In this document: piece by piece, positions 53,137-62,868 of the stretch
Layout: the number at the start of each line of letters is the position of its first letter
How positions within the stretch are numbered: position 1 is the first letter of the stretch
IMG/VR virus record: IMGVR_UViG_3300010163_000004
Coordinates: 8,935-72,934 of that record
Direction: 5' to 3' (one strand)
Length of the DNA stretch: 64,000 nucleotides
From: a virus
Taxonomy: Duplodnaviria > Heunggongvirae > Uroviricota > Caudoviricetes
Position numbers and translations under genes: made by a program
Notes under the pieces: generated by a model
Told to the model about the DNA's origin: nothing
Database searches by the model: none
The model's input: the letters and a program-made list of their open reading frames with translations, nothing else

Positions 53137-55292
53137 ATGTTTACATTTTTAGAATACACTCTTGTCTTTTGTTCTTGCTGTCTTTCGTTAGACCAACTAT
53201 TTACACACGTTAAATATCCAATAATTCTAGTCCAGTATTTAATATGATTACTTTTACATATAGGACATTCTTTTACTGGCGCATTAACAACATGTCCACA
53301 TTCATCACATTCACTCATAGGAATGTTGAAAGTAAAATAATTACTCCCTACAGTTCTTGCGAAATTAAGTAATTTCAGATATTGCTCTTTACTTAAATGA
53401 CTATCAAGATTTAGATGTGCTGCTTGACCACCATCAGTATATGAGCTAATTTCTCTACCATGAAGGGCTAATTTATCTAATACGCTAGTATCTTTATCCC
53501 ATGGATTGTAAAAATAACAATTATATAGATTTTGATCCTCTGGAACTATATAACCATCAGCTTTGTCCCACTGGTATAACCTTACAGCTAAATTTTCTCC
53601 AGGCACTGCTTCAGAATTGAACAAGAATGGACGCTTCTTGTCTTGGATAGAATGTTTTTTATTTTGTTCTTTGATAGTTCCTAGAATAAGTTGTAAGAAT
53701 GAAGTATATTCTTTATTTTTGCTTACTTTTAGACCTAAGAATTTAGCAGCTTCACAATATCCTAAAATTCCAATAGTACTATACAACTTTTTAAGGTATA
53801 TATAATTACCATTAGAGGCAGCAAACATTCCTTTATCTTCTAAATCATAAAGCATCGTCTTATAGGCTATATGATACTTATAAACTCTCTCAAGAATATC
53901 AATAATATATTGCTTTAAAGAATTTTCATACCCATAATGTAAAGGAAGACTTCGAGTGCCTCCTATAGATTTATACCAATCTTGGACAATCCTATTTAAA
54001 TTAAGAGTAATAACATTACATGAACCAGTCATAACTCCAGTCATTCCTGTAGTAGAACTAAAAGTATTATCAGAGACTTCATTCAAGACCCTGCAGCAAG
54101 ATGCCAATGATGCTGGGTTGTTATTATTATAGCAAAAGAAGCTACCACCTTTGGCCCATTCATCTGCACATAAATCTTTATATTCCTTATCGAGATAATC
54201 CTCAGAATTATAAACTAATGCCATAGTGGTTACAGGAAAAGTGAGAGGCTTCACTAATCTTAACTCTCTATGCAATTCCATAAATATCCTCTGAAGAGTA
54301 TCAATAGCTCTCCATTCTGGTTTAGTTCCATCAGGATAGTAGAAGTCTTCAAACATAGCTTTAAAGTAAACAGAATCATAAAAAGATAAATTCGTAAACG
54401 GACTATTATAACTTCTGTTACCAGCAGGTTGATTAACCCCATAAATGAACTGTTTCATACCCTTACGAATGGCCTTCTTTATAGTTTCTTGATTTAAACA
54501 GTGTTCAGAGCTAATTATCACATCTAGCTTATCATACCACTTTTCCCCAAATTCTTTTATCACATAGTAATTAAGGGCTATAAAATAGTCTCCAAAAGCA
54601 ACAGCTCCCTTACATTGTGATGATAATAAAAATGCTAGATTAGTTACTTGACCACTAAATGATTGGATATCGTTAGGTGCTGATGGAGTTACTCCATCTA
54701 TTTTTCCTACCCCTTCTAACATCAGCGGATATAGAGTAACTGCCATGCAATAAGGTTTCAATACAGGACAGCTTGCCTCATCATGAACATATATAATATG
54801 ATCATTTAAGTCTTGTTCATATTGAGAAGCTAATTCGGGAAACATTTTAGAAAGTTTCTTCTTCATCCTATATCTTTGAATTTCTCTATTATTCTCCTTA
54901 TATACTTCCCCTTCAAGATTAGCTACATTTTTCATAGAAACATTAGAATTGGGATCAGTTTCAGAAGAAGATGCTGCATTATCTAGGGAATTAGCATAAT
55001 TCTCCATATACCTAATTCTACTTTCTATAAATCTTAATTTAGATTGTTTGTCTTTGTAAGACCTATAAATAGCAGCCACATCATCGTAACCATAGTCTCT
55101 CAGGGTTTCTATTACTACGTCTTGAATCTCTTCTATAGTAATGCCGTCCCATAAATGCATATCAGCCACCATAGCTGTAATGACTTCTTTATTTTCTTCA
55201 GGACAGCAAGCATTAAATGCTTTAGATATTGCTTCTACTATCTTATTACCGTCAAATTCCTGTAAACTTCCGTCTCTCTTTACTACTTGCAT
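53133..55292 (-). CDS. nrdD: Class III anaerobic ribonucleotide reductase with ATP cone
   Basis: MQVVKRDG ATP cone, YVHD, ASCCR, VITLNL, PGE, Zn site CDECG...CPIC, glycyl-radical loop WTRIIGYL. Start moved to ATG 55292. Confidence 0.95.
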   Translation of the reverse strand: MQVVKRDGSLQEFDGNKIVEAISKAFNACCPEENKEVITAMVADMHLWDGITIEEIQDVVIETLRDYGYDDVAAIYRSYKDKQSKLRFIESRIRYMENYANSLDNAASSSETDPNSNVSMKNVANLEGEVYKENNREIQRYRMKKKLSKMFPELASQYEQDLNDHIIYVHDEASCPVLKPYCMAVTLYPLMLEGVGKIDGVTPSAPNDIQSFSGQVTNLAFLLSSQCKGAVAFGDYFIALNYYVIKEFGEKWYDKLDVIISSEHCLNQETIKKAIRKGMKQFIYGVNQPAGNRSYNSPFTNLSFYDSVYFKAMFEDFYYPDGTKPEWRAIDTLQRIFMELHRELRLVKPLTFPVTTMALVYNSEDYLDKEYKDLCADEWAKGGSFFCYNNNNPASLASCCRVLNEVSDNTFSSTTGMTGVMTGSCNVITLNLNRIVQDWYKSIGGTRSLPLHYGYENSLKQYIIDILERVYKYHIAYKTMLYDLEDKGMFAASNGNYIYLKKLYSTIGILGYCEAAKFLGLKVSKNKEYTSFLQLILGTIKEQNKKHSIQDKKRPFLFNSEAVPGENLAVRLYQWDKADGYIVPEDQNLYNCYFYNPWDKDTSVLDKLALHGREISSYTDGGQAAHLNLDSHLSKEQYLKLLNFARTVGSNYFTFNIPMSECDECGHVVNAPVKECPICKSNHIKYWTRIIGYLTCVNSWSNERQQEQKTRVYSKNVNI

Positions 55293-55293
55293 A

Positions 55294-55470
55294 TCAAAAT
55301 AGATAATTGTATAATTGCCATTTAGAATCTTTCGCACTATTTTTTGCTAAATCAACATACTTAAATAGAAATTCAGATACCTGATCATAGTTGTTACTGT
55401 CTCCTGTAAATGATATTCCTAAAGTAGTTTCTACAAACTCTACCATTGTTAACATTGTATGTGTTATCAT
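55294..55470 (-). CDS. Small hypothetical protein, 58 aa, not in ORF track
   Basis: MITHTMLTMVEFVETTLGISFTG..., ATGA overlap upstream. Confidence 0.55.
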   Translation of the reverse strand: MITHTMLTMVEFVETTLGISFTGDSNNYDQVSEFLFKYVDLAKNSAKDSKWQLYNYLF

Positions 55471-56234
55471 AATCCTATAATATCCTTAATTAACAATGTC
55501 TTCTCGAATTTATTTACTAAGTCTCTCTTATCCTGGGTAATCAAGTCAGTAAATGCGTTATACACGGTAAATCCATCTACAACATTGTCTGTTGTATAAT
55601 ACTTAGATTTTTCATCATAAAACAAATCTTTATAAACATCAATCGGAGCAGATTCAGCTAATTTTACAGAACCAAATCCCATGTTGATTTTAGAATTGAT
55701 GCAGTTGTCAACCCAGTGACCTAGGTCAGCATATATATCATCTTTCTTATACTCCATCTCTGAAAGTTTCTTAAGCATTAAGTTGGTTTCATCTGTCATT
55801 GACATAGCATTTCTTAAGAAGCTATAGTTAATAGCAGATTCTGGCTCTAGCTCAGAAACATTTAACATTTCTGGATTAAATACGCACAAGTTTAAACAAG
55901 CCATATTTAAAGCTCCTACATAGAACTTAACTAATGGTTTACGAGTATCAAGGGCATAAATCATACTAATTACTCTTTTATGATTATCCCAAGCATATTC
56001 GTCTGGCAAAACACCTTGAATCCAAACTCTATTGTATATTACATCATCAAAATTAATCTCCCCATCTTTAGTAAGCGATATTTGGTCAGCAGGCTTAGCA
56101 TTAATGATAAAATTATCAGTCATCTTAGATACTCTGTCTATAAACGGAGTCACATAAGCTTCTGTAGTAAAATACTCTTTATCCTTAATTCTAGTTGCTT
56201 TCCCTTGCATCAATTGTTCAATCGTCAATTCCAT
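55467..56234 (-). CDS. DUF932-like protein
   Basis: FYVGALNMACLNLCVF and GFTVYNAFTD resemble the DUF932 pattern. Confidence 0.6.
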   Translation of the reverse strand: MELTIEQLMQGKATRIKDKEYFTTEAYVTPFIDRVSKMTDNFIINAKPADQISLTKDGEINFDDVIYNRVWIQGVLPDEYAWDNHKRVISMIYALDTRKPLVKFYVGALNMACLNLCVFNPEMLNVSELEPESAINYSFLRNAMSMTDETNLMLKKLSEMEYKKDDIYADLGHWVDNCINSKINMGFGSVKLAESAPIDVYKDLFYDEKSKYYTTDNVVDGFTVYNAFTDLITQDKRDLVNKFEKTLLIKDIIGL

Positions 56235-56236
56235 AT

Positions 56237-56827
56237 TTAAACATTATTATAGTAAATCTCCTTTAATAGGAGGTCTAATCTAAAGTGTTCATCCAATGCT
56301 TTGACCCTATACCTTAGAGAATACATAGCTAATTCTGCAAAACCCTCTAATTCTGGTTCTTTGTATGCTTTGGAAGGTGAAACTCGAAAATATTTGCGCC
56401 ATAAAGGTTCAAATTTTTCCATCAGAGTATCTATTTCCCTTCTCGGAATATAGCAAAAATACCTTGCCGAATCGAGAAATACTCCATTGAAATTATCTAC
56501 TCCTAAATGAGTACTAGTATCATAATATACGTTTCCTAAATACATCATGGCCTGTAATAAAGACCTATGTACGAAAACAGAGTTAATACCTATATCTCTT
56601 TTAGTTTCTTGAAGAACCCAGAACTTGACATTCCGGTTTTCATCATAAAACCTAACTATTCCATCTGTAGGTTTTCCCGCGATGGATTCTTTTCTTCCGA
56701 TTATTAGAGGATTAACTAAGCTAAAATAGTTATAGAAATGATTTTCTATTACATCTTCAAGCACACAACCTCTGTTTGTATAGAAATTAATTCTAATCTG
56801 AAGTCCTGTTATAGGAGTAAATTCCAT
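56237..56827 (-). CDS. Putative PD-(D/E)xK nuclease-fold protein
   Basis: LEDVIE...KPTDGIV...LQETKRD...LLQAMMY. Confidence 0.55.
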   Translation of the reverse strand: MEFTPITGLQIRINFYTNRGCVLEDVIENHFYNYFSLVNPLIIGRKESIAGKPTDGIVRFYDENRNVKFWVLQETKRDIGINSVFVHRSLLQAMMYLGNVYYDTSTHLGVDNFNGVFLDSARYFCYIPRREIDTLMEKFEPLWRKYFRVSPSKAYKEPELEGFAELAMYSLRYRVKALDEHFRLDLLLKEIYYNNV

Positions 56828-56890
56828 TTAATTGTTAATTAGTTGTTACACTTTCATAATCAAATTACGTTTTATATCTATGAATTATTT

Positions 56891-56932
56891 CAAAATAAAA
56901 AAGGAAGACCGCCCTTAGGCAATCTTCCTTTT
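56891..56932 (-). terminator. Intrinsic terminator
   Basis: Minus strand AAGGAAGATTGCC-TAAG-GGCGGTCTTCCTT-TTTTATTTT. The two mismatches are G-U pairs only in the minus-strand RNA. Confidence 0.85.
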
Positions 56933-56953
56933 AAACGTATATCTTTCAAGAAA

Positions 56954-57511
56954 TTAGGCTTCGATACCGAAAGCTAACCAAGTACCATTCTTGGTATTCT
57001 TAGAAGGAGTATATTGTGCAGTTGCTACTACTGCCTGTCCTTCAACAACATCCTTAGTTTTCACCAACTCAGCATTTCCTTTATAATTACCGCTCTTATA
57101 CAATTCTTTGATTGCGTTCTTAGCGTCAGCTTTGTTAGTATCAACTTGGCAAACAACAGTCTTAGTCTCTTTGTCAACCCACTTATAGAAAGTCTTAAAT
57201 TTACGCTTTCCATCACCCTTGACATCGTCAATCTTATATGGACGCTCGCGAGTGTCTGCAACAGACGATTCAATAGTAATCAGATAACCAGCACCGGGGC
57301 AATTCTTACCTTTCTTAGCGAGATATTCAAGCATGAACTCTTTTACATCACGTTCAGTAATACCCTTAGTCTGTTTAGCTTTCCAATTTTTGTAAGCCTG
57401 GGTTGCATCACCATTTATGTGGAATAATGTGCTTTCAACCTGTGCAATTGCTGCTTCTTTACTTTCTGCTACTACTTCTACTTTCTTAAAATTCAAAATT
57501 GTTGTACTCAT
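56954..57511 (-). CDS. Hypothetical protein (own transcription unit)
   Basis: 185 aa, flanked by a 176-bp upstream gap and a downstream terminator. Confidence 0.85.
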   Translation of the reverse strand: MSTTILNFKKVEVVAESKEAAIAQVESTLFHINGDATQAYKNWKAKQTKGITERDVKEFMLEYLAKKGKNCPGAGYLITIESSVADTRERPYKIDDVKGDGKRKFKTFYKWVDKETKTVVCQVDTNKADAKNAIKELYKSGNYKGNAELVKTKDVVEGQAVVATAQYTPSKNTKNGTWLAFGIEA

Positions 57512-57687
57512 AATAAATAAAATTTTTTAACATAAATCATTAACATATAATCTGAAATTGTTTTTCACATCTAATCATTGTTTTCTTTACTGATGTAATC
57601 AATAATACTACATCATTTACGAAAACCCTAATCTAATGTTATCTTTTTATGTTAAATTGTGTTAAATTTAATTTAACACTTTATCTA
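57512..57687. promoter_or_regulatory. Largest intergenic region of the minus block, with clustered repeats
   Basis: Perfect IR GTGTTAAATT-T-AATTTAACAC (57659-57679), IR TGATGTA/TACATCA (57591-57615) and five TGTTAA/TTAACA hexamers. Confidence 0.5.
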
Positions 57688-58041
57688 TTAAAATGGGCAA
57701 TAATTTTGCAATAGTGTATAAAGCTGTTTGGGCATATCCTTTGGGTTAATACCAAAGTCAAGAAAAGTGGTACACCCATACATTAAATCTTCACAGATAG
57801 CCCCTAAAGACTTCAGAAAGGTATTTTTTTCTCTCTCTCTAAAATCTTTTCCAACTTTCAATAAAACATCATAACACGTTACCTTTTGACCTTTTTTCTT
57901 CAACTCATTGGTTATATAACAAGTAAGAGCAATACAGGCTAGCTTATCACCCATATTGCTCCCTAGGTAGTTTAAGGTAAAGTATTTTGAGTAAATTGAT
58001 GACAATTGTTCAAAGCTGATATTTTGAAGGTTGTTCATCAA
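57688..58041 (-). CDS. Hypothetical protein
   Basis: 117-aa ORF. Confidence 0.75.
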   Translation of the reverse strand: MMNNLQNISFEQLSSIYSKYFTLNYLGSNMGDKLACIALTCYITNELKKKGQKVTCYDVLLKVGKDFREREKNTFLKSLGAICEDLMYGCTTFLDFGINPKDMPKQLYTLLQNYCPF

Positions 58042-59059
58042 GAGAATAGTTTCTATAACCTATCTGATAAGCTACGTACTTCAAAAGAGTCTTGAACTCA
58101 TGAAATCCTTGTCGCAATTCCAAATAAGTAACTGGCCTAACCTTACTATAAAAGTTCGGAATGGTAGAAACTACTAGGTAATTAGCTTGCAATTTTGGAT
58201 TCTCTAAGTTATAGAACTTTTCAGCGCACAACTTCAGAAGGTATAAATACATCGCAAACTCCCTACTATAGTGATACTTATTGATATTGGTGTCAATTTC
58301 ACTAACGATTTTTCCAATCGTCTTAATATCATTCACTACAATAGTGTTAGTTTCTGTATCTATTGTATAATTATCTAGTTTGGACTTCAGGTGTAAGATA
58401 AACTTTTTTCCATTAGGACAGGTCGCCTCCACGTCCAATAAAATAGCTTGCTCATTTTCAGAAATAGGTGTTTTAGTTATCCCTTCGGGGTGTAAAAGTT
58501 TCTGCACTTGCTTATTGCTATTTAATGCTGATACACAAGACTTTACGATTTCTAGTGATTTGTTGTCAAGATATATAATTTCCTTATCTTGTGTTAAATC
58601 AAATTCCTTTAGCTGTCTATTCTTCCAATAGTTAGTAGAAGCTTCAATCACAGATTTAGCTAGTTCCTTGGTAAGCTTTCCCTTGTAATATTCGACTTTG
58701 TCTGATGCTTTCTTCACATCGTCAAATTTCACTTCTCCTTTCAGAAAAACAGGATAGAGTTCATTAGCCATTGCTCCTAACTTTGCAGTAGGTTTACCAA
58801 TGTCTTCTGACAGTTCAAAACTATCTGGCTGTAGCACTAATTCGTGTACAGCACTACCGAGTTCTAGAGCGGAAGAGAAAGTATTCTTAAATCCAGTAAA
58901 GAATTTATCTGGATTACCATCCTGCCGAGGATTAATTAATCCTAAACGGGAATTACTAACGTATCCACTGTACTGTTCAGAAAAATATACCTTATCACTT
59001 ATCTTCTCCAATCTTAGCGTGTCTAGCAGCGGCCTAAGCTTGATATCTTTTAATTCCAT
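58010..59059 (-). CDS. PD-(D/E)xK exonuclease (DUF3799/RecE-ExoVIII-like)
   Basis: VSNSRL, LGSAVHELVL, KSKLDNY, NDIKT, YSREFAMY. Confidence 0.8.
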   Translation of the reverse strand: MELKDIKLRPLLDTLRLEKISDKVYFSEQYSGYVSNSRLGLINPRQDGNPDKFFTGFKNTFSSALELGSAVHELVLQPDSFELSEDIGKPTAKLGAMANELYPVFLKGEVKFDDVKKASDKVEYYKGKLTKELAKSVIEASTNYWKNRQLKEFDLTQDKEIIYLDNKSLEIVKSCVSALNSNKQVQKLLHPEGITKTPISENEQAILLDVEATCPNGKKFILHLKSKLDNYTIDTETNTIVVNDIKTIGKIVSEIDTNINKYHYSREFAMYLYLLKLCAEKFYNLENPKLQANYLVVSTIPNFYSKVRPVTYLELRQGFHEFKTLLKYVAYQIGYRNYSLDEQPSKYQL

Positions 59060-59568
59060 CCTAAAGTTGCTAATTCTAATTCATATGCAAATCTAATTTC
59101 GTCAATATCTAAACTATAAATGCGGAATAAAGGGTCTCCATTTTGGTTATGCGGTCTATCTATTAGCAACGCCGGAAGTCCAGAGTTTATTGCCATAGTC
59201 ACATTACTAATACTGTCGTCGATTAATACATCGCATTTGCCTTTTACCAAGTCAGCCTTATTTCCGTGCTGATAATACATTTGATAAATAGGTCTTATGG
59301 GTAAATTGTATTTAGCTAGACAATTTCGAGTATAGGTTTTACTATTAATTCTTTTAGTAGCATAAATATGCGGCTCGAAATTCGGCTTTTCTAGCAAGGG
59401 TAAATTTTCCCAAAACTCCTCGTTGTAGCGAAGACTTACTACGTTTCGTGTAATTACATGCCCAACTAAATCTGATTCTCTAGGGAATAGTGTTTTATAT
59501 GCTCCCCAGAAATCGAAGATTGTGTCATCCAAGTCTAACGCTATTCTTAATGGATTACATAAATTCAT
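59050..59568 (-). CDS. HAD-family 5'(3')-nucleotidase-like protein
   Basis: IALDLDDTIFD and LIDDS. Confidence 0.8.
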   Translation of the reverse strand: MNLCNPLRIALDLDDTIFDFWGAYKTLFPRESDLVGHVITRNVVSLRYNEEFWENLPLLEKPNFEPHIYATKRINSKTYTRNCLAKYNLPIRPIYQMYYQHGNKADLVKGKCDVLIDDSISNVTMAINSGLPALLIDRPHNQNGDPLFRIYSLDIDEIRFAYELELATLGWN

Positions 59569-59776
59569 TTATCTCAGATACGTCTCCTAAATATATTCCA
59601 TGTTTTTCAGCAAGTTCTATACAGAAATCATCATAATCCAGAAGATCATCTAAATCGTCGTATTTATTTATATACATACTCTTTATCTTCTCTTCGCAAT
59701 CTTCATAGCTTCTTGCTACTACTTTGCTAATAGTACAGACTTCGTCTGTATGCCATGGAAATAAATATATGTTCAT
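59555..59776 (-). CDS. Hypothetical protein
   Basis: 73-aa ORF. Confidence 0.7.
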   Translation of the reverse strand: MNIYLFPWHTDEVCTISKVVARSYEDCEEKIKSMYINKYDDLDDLLDYDDFCIELAEKHGIYLGDVSEINEFM

Positions 59777-60021
59777 AACTCGATTACTTCAATAACGTTT
59801 AATTGCTTCTTTATTAATAGCTCTAGGTCTTCTCTATCTACATAGATAAAATGACTTTTCTTTAAATCAGATAACGTAGAATCAAACTCAAGAGAGAACG
59901 CCTCCATCGTTCTCCAATTCTTTTTAGCTGTCCTTAAATAAAGAGCGTATTCATCATCAAAGTCATTAACTATACAATTTTTAATCGTAGGAACCGGACC
60001 TTTAACTACTAACTTTTTCAT
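59773..60021 (-). CDS. Hypothetical protein
   Basis: 82-aa ORF with ATGA overlaps. Confidence 0.7.
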   Translation of the reverse strand: MKKLVVKGPVPTIKNCIVNDFDDEYALYLRTAKKNWRTMEAFSLEFDSTLSDLKKSHFIYVDREDLELLIKKQLNVIEVIEL

Positions 60022-60563
60022 TTTCTAAGCAATTCATAAAAATATTCAATTGGGATTACAGCAACCTCGCCTCGACATGATTCTCCATTCTTTCCTGCCT
60101 TTTTCCAGCATATACAGAACGGCTTTGACTTATCACTGCAAGCATCTCTAATATCAAAATAGTTAGGCATATTCTGAGTAAATTTAGCTTGAATATTAAC
60201 TGGAAGTTCATTGTTCATGTCAACAATATCTATTTTGTCAGCATCAGCCAATTTGTTTTGACTTCTGCTAGACACACATCCTTCGTATCCTATATCTCTA
60301 AGTTTGTGAATTATTTCTAACTCATACTTAGATCCCTTTTGCTTGCTCTTCTTTGCCTGCTTACTTCTTCTAACTGCGGGGTCTGCCCATTCGAAGGTAA
60401 TTCCGTCTTTTGATTTTGCTCCAGAGCCAGGCTTATTAGCTCTAGCTTTGATTGAGTTTATCTCTAAACCAGTTCCTTCTGAGGCTAATTCAACAGATTC
60501 AAAAGTTTTTCTACTACCGTCCTTAAAGATGGCTGTAACACTTGTATTAGTCTACTTTTTCAT
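60018..60563 (-). CDS. Holliday-junction resolvase-like nuclease with N-terminal NUMOD1/HTH-like domain, 181 aa, TAG at codon 4
   Basis: ATG AAA AAG TAG ACT... from 60563 (overlapping the primase 3' end) continues in frame through KTFESVELASEGTGL...SIKARA and KGSKYELEIIHKL...KIDI...NIQAK. The track shows only the last 85 aa. Confidence 0.8.
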
Positions 60564-61554
60564 TCTTCTTAAGTTTCTTTATGTAATTAGTAATAAATTT
60601 TTGTGTACCTTTTCTTCCATACATATGGTAATAATCACTTATATCCTTAGCTCCTGTGCTTCTGGGAATCATTGATACAATTAGTTCTGGATGCTCTTTC
60701 CTAATCTTATTAGTAAAACGTACTCCAGTCAAATCATTATCATATAGCAACACAACGTATTTGAATCTCTGCTTTAATTCTTCTAAAATCTTATCAGAAA
60801 CAAACTGAGTTTCAGAGTTGGGAGCTATAGCTGGTATTCCTAAAGAATATAAACACATTACATCTTTCATAGATTTAGTTATAACAACTAGTTTTCCACT
60901 CTTAGCTAATTGCTTATAGCCTTGAATAGTCTTGGTTGAAACATTTCCTATGAATCTAAACTCCTTTCGTTTTGGCATATAAATTCGCCATTGCTCGATG
61001 TTCTCTTTCTTTCCAAAATAATAGCCATATATAGGACTATGCTGGGCAGATTGTGCATATATATTTCCATTCAAAAATACAGTACTACAACTATATACTT
61101 TGAACTTATATAGGATGTCTTTAGTTATACCAAAACTTCCCCACCACTTCAACTCAGGTTCTGAAAAATCCTTAGCCTCTATCTGAATAAAAGTTTGTTT
61201 CTCCTCTTCAAACTTAGGCTGGATTTTCACTGCAACTTTCTTTACGGAAGAATCTTTCGTATATCCAAAGTCTTTAGCTATAATCCTTAAGGCAGTGTGG
61301 TAATTACAATTATACTTTTCCATAACTACTCCTTCGAATGTAAGACATTTTCCAGAAGCAAAGTCTTTAAAATACAAGTTTCCAGATTTTCCTCTAAAAA
61401 AGCTGCAAGTGACATGACTGTCACTACGCAAAGGAGACTTAAACAATCCTTTCTTAACTGGGATGCCCAGATAATAAGTCATGTAAGTCTCCTCATTGTT
61501 TTTAGATAGAAGAAATTCCTTAGTAATTTTTGGTTCAAAAGTATAATCAAACAT
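60547..61554 (-). CDS. dnaG: DnaG-like primase
   Basis: FKSPLRSD..TC, KDF, TOPRIM ITKSMKDV, YDNDLTG, KDISD. Confidence 0.88.
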   Translation of the reverse strand: MFDYTFEPKITKEFLLSKNNEETYMTYYLGIPVKKGLFKSPLRSDSHVTCSFFRGKSGNLYFKDFASGKCLTFEGVVMEKYNCNYHTALRIIAKDFGYTKDSSVKKVAVKIQPKFEEEKQTFIQIEAKDFSEPELKWWGSFGITKDILYKFKVYSCSTVFLNGNIYAQSAQHSPIYGYYFGKKENIEQWRIYMPKRKEFRFIGNVSTKTIQGYKQLAKSGKLVVITKSMKDVMCLYSLGIPAIAPNSETQFVSDKILEELKQRFKYVVLLYDNDLTGVRFTNKIRKEHPELIVSMIPRSTGAKDISDYYHMYGRKGTQKFITNYIKKLKKNEKVD

Positions 61555-61594
61555 GGTCACTAAGGAATTTATGAATTACTCTACTAACAAATCA

Positions 61595-62290
61595 TTAGAG
61601 TAAGTCATCAAGGTCAAAATCATCTGCTGGAGCTTGGTCTACTCCTGCTACATCTGCAATTGGATCTTCTGACTTCATTTCAGTAGGCTTAGCCTTCAGA
61701 TATTTCTGACGTTCTCCTTCCTCATAGTCAGAGAAGAACAGCTTATCGCCAATATAGTTATCAGAAATGAATGACTCACCCTGTTTGTTAATACCAACAA
61801 TACGCGGTATATCAGCAACTACCTTACCGTCACGGTTTCTACCAATCAACTTCAACTTAGTCTCTGTTCCCTTCACCTTCTCAGTGATTGTAATTAGAGC
61901 CTTAGCTACATCGTCGAAGCTCTTAAACTTAGAGCTAGCTGCTTGCATTTTTTCGAATCCTACAGGATTAAGAACCTGCGCAGTCTGCTTAACTACAGCC
62001 ATCAAAGTTTCGAAGTTGGAAGGCACCACTACCTTTCCACCATTCTTACTATCAAATTCTCGTCTCTCATCATCACCAGCTTTCGGGAAGAATTGAGTTA
62101 CTGAGAAGTAACCATCTTCGTTCTCAAAATTGATAGACAAAACTTTATAGTGGGCTGTTGGGTCCTTCTTCCCATCAAATTCCTTGATTTCGCAACCCAT
62201 GAATTTTACATCATGGATATTCCAAGGGGTTAAAGGACGACGTGTGTTTCTTACTGCTGAGTCTGCTGATATACCAAAATTAAAGCTCAT
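61595..62290 (-). CDS. Putative single-stranded DNA-binding protein
   Basis: Beta-rich N-terminus, acidic tail DDFDLDDLL, and position between ATPase and primase. Confidence 0.55.
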   Translation of the reverse strand: MSFNFGISADSAVRNTRRPLTPWNIHDVKFMGCEIKEFDGKKDPTAHYKVLSINFENEDGYFSVTQFFPKAGDDERREFDSKNGGKVVVPSNFETLMAVVKQTAQVLNPVGFEKMQAASSKFKSFDDVAKALITITEKVKGTETKLKLIGRNRDGKVVADIPRIVGINKQGESFISDNYIGDKLFFSDYEEGERQKYLKAKPTEMKSEDPIADVAGVDQAPADDFDLDDLL

Positions 62291-62292
62291 AA

Positions 62293-62868
62293 TTAGTTCA
62301 AATTAAAATCAAATTTTTCTAAGTTTTTGTCATCTTCGTCTATGTTTAAATTATCTAATGCTTCTATATCGAGTTCTTTTTCGATATCAATTATCTCTTC
62401 CGGCACAGGATTTGACTCCTGTACCTTATCTCCTATCAGATAATAAATTCCTTTATCCTCTGTAGGTTCCAACTTAAAAACAGTACCATAAGCAGAAAGC
62501 TTCTCGTTAGCAGCTCCTCTATAACTTACAGTATTACTTTTAGTTAGCTTGTTTCCAGCCTTAGTACCGAAAGCAGCATCGGTTCCAATAATAGGAACTG
62601 CCTTCTTATCCTTTTTCTTATACTTGATGTCTACACGACAATCTGCACAGACTTGTAACAAGTCTACTGCCCCTTGGGTCAGAATCAACTTGTTAGAATC
62701 AAGCGTAATAATAGGTTCAGGATTTTCATCTACCTTAGCAGATGAAGATTTATTACTTACAGCTTTCTTAGTAGCTACGGTATCAACATGGATTTCTTCT
62801 TTACCAATATAGGTGATTTCACCCGTTTGCTCATTCACATCATAGTGAAACAGTATGTCTAATTTCAT
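62293..62868 (-). CDS. Hypothetical protein
   Basis: 191 aa with an acidic C-terminus. Confidence 0.8.
   Translation of the reverse strand: MKLDILFHYDVNEQTGEITYIGKEEIHVDTVATKKAVSNKSSSAKVDENPEPIITLDSNKLILTQGAVDLLQVCADCRVDIKYKKKDKKAVPIIGTDAAFGTKAGNKLTKSNTVSYRGAANEKLSAYGTVFKLEPTEDKGIYYLIGDKVQESNPVPEEIIDIEKELDIEALDNLNIDEDDKNLEKFDFNLN

Noticed and set aside
37336-55292. Inteins or introns in polA and nrdD
   Set aside because: Both are continuous ORFs of ordinary length, with no splice-junction motifs or LAGLIDADG blocks evident.
56828-56890. Bacteroidota -7 promoter (TAnnTTTG) upstream of 56827
   Set aside because: The best match (CGTAATTTG) has the wrong spacing, so it was not called.
37467-57273. 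Same-strand alternate-frame ORFs nested in polA, ligase, nrdD and 56954-57511 (37467-37664, 46797-47174, 54260-54442, 57061-57273)
   Set aside because: They lie fully inside conserved genes and show no independent motifs.
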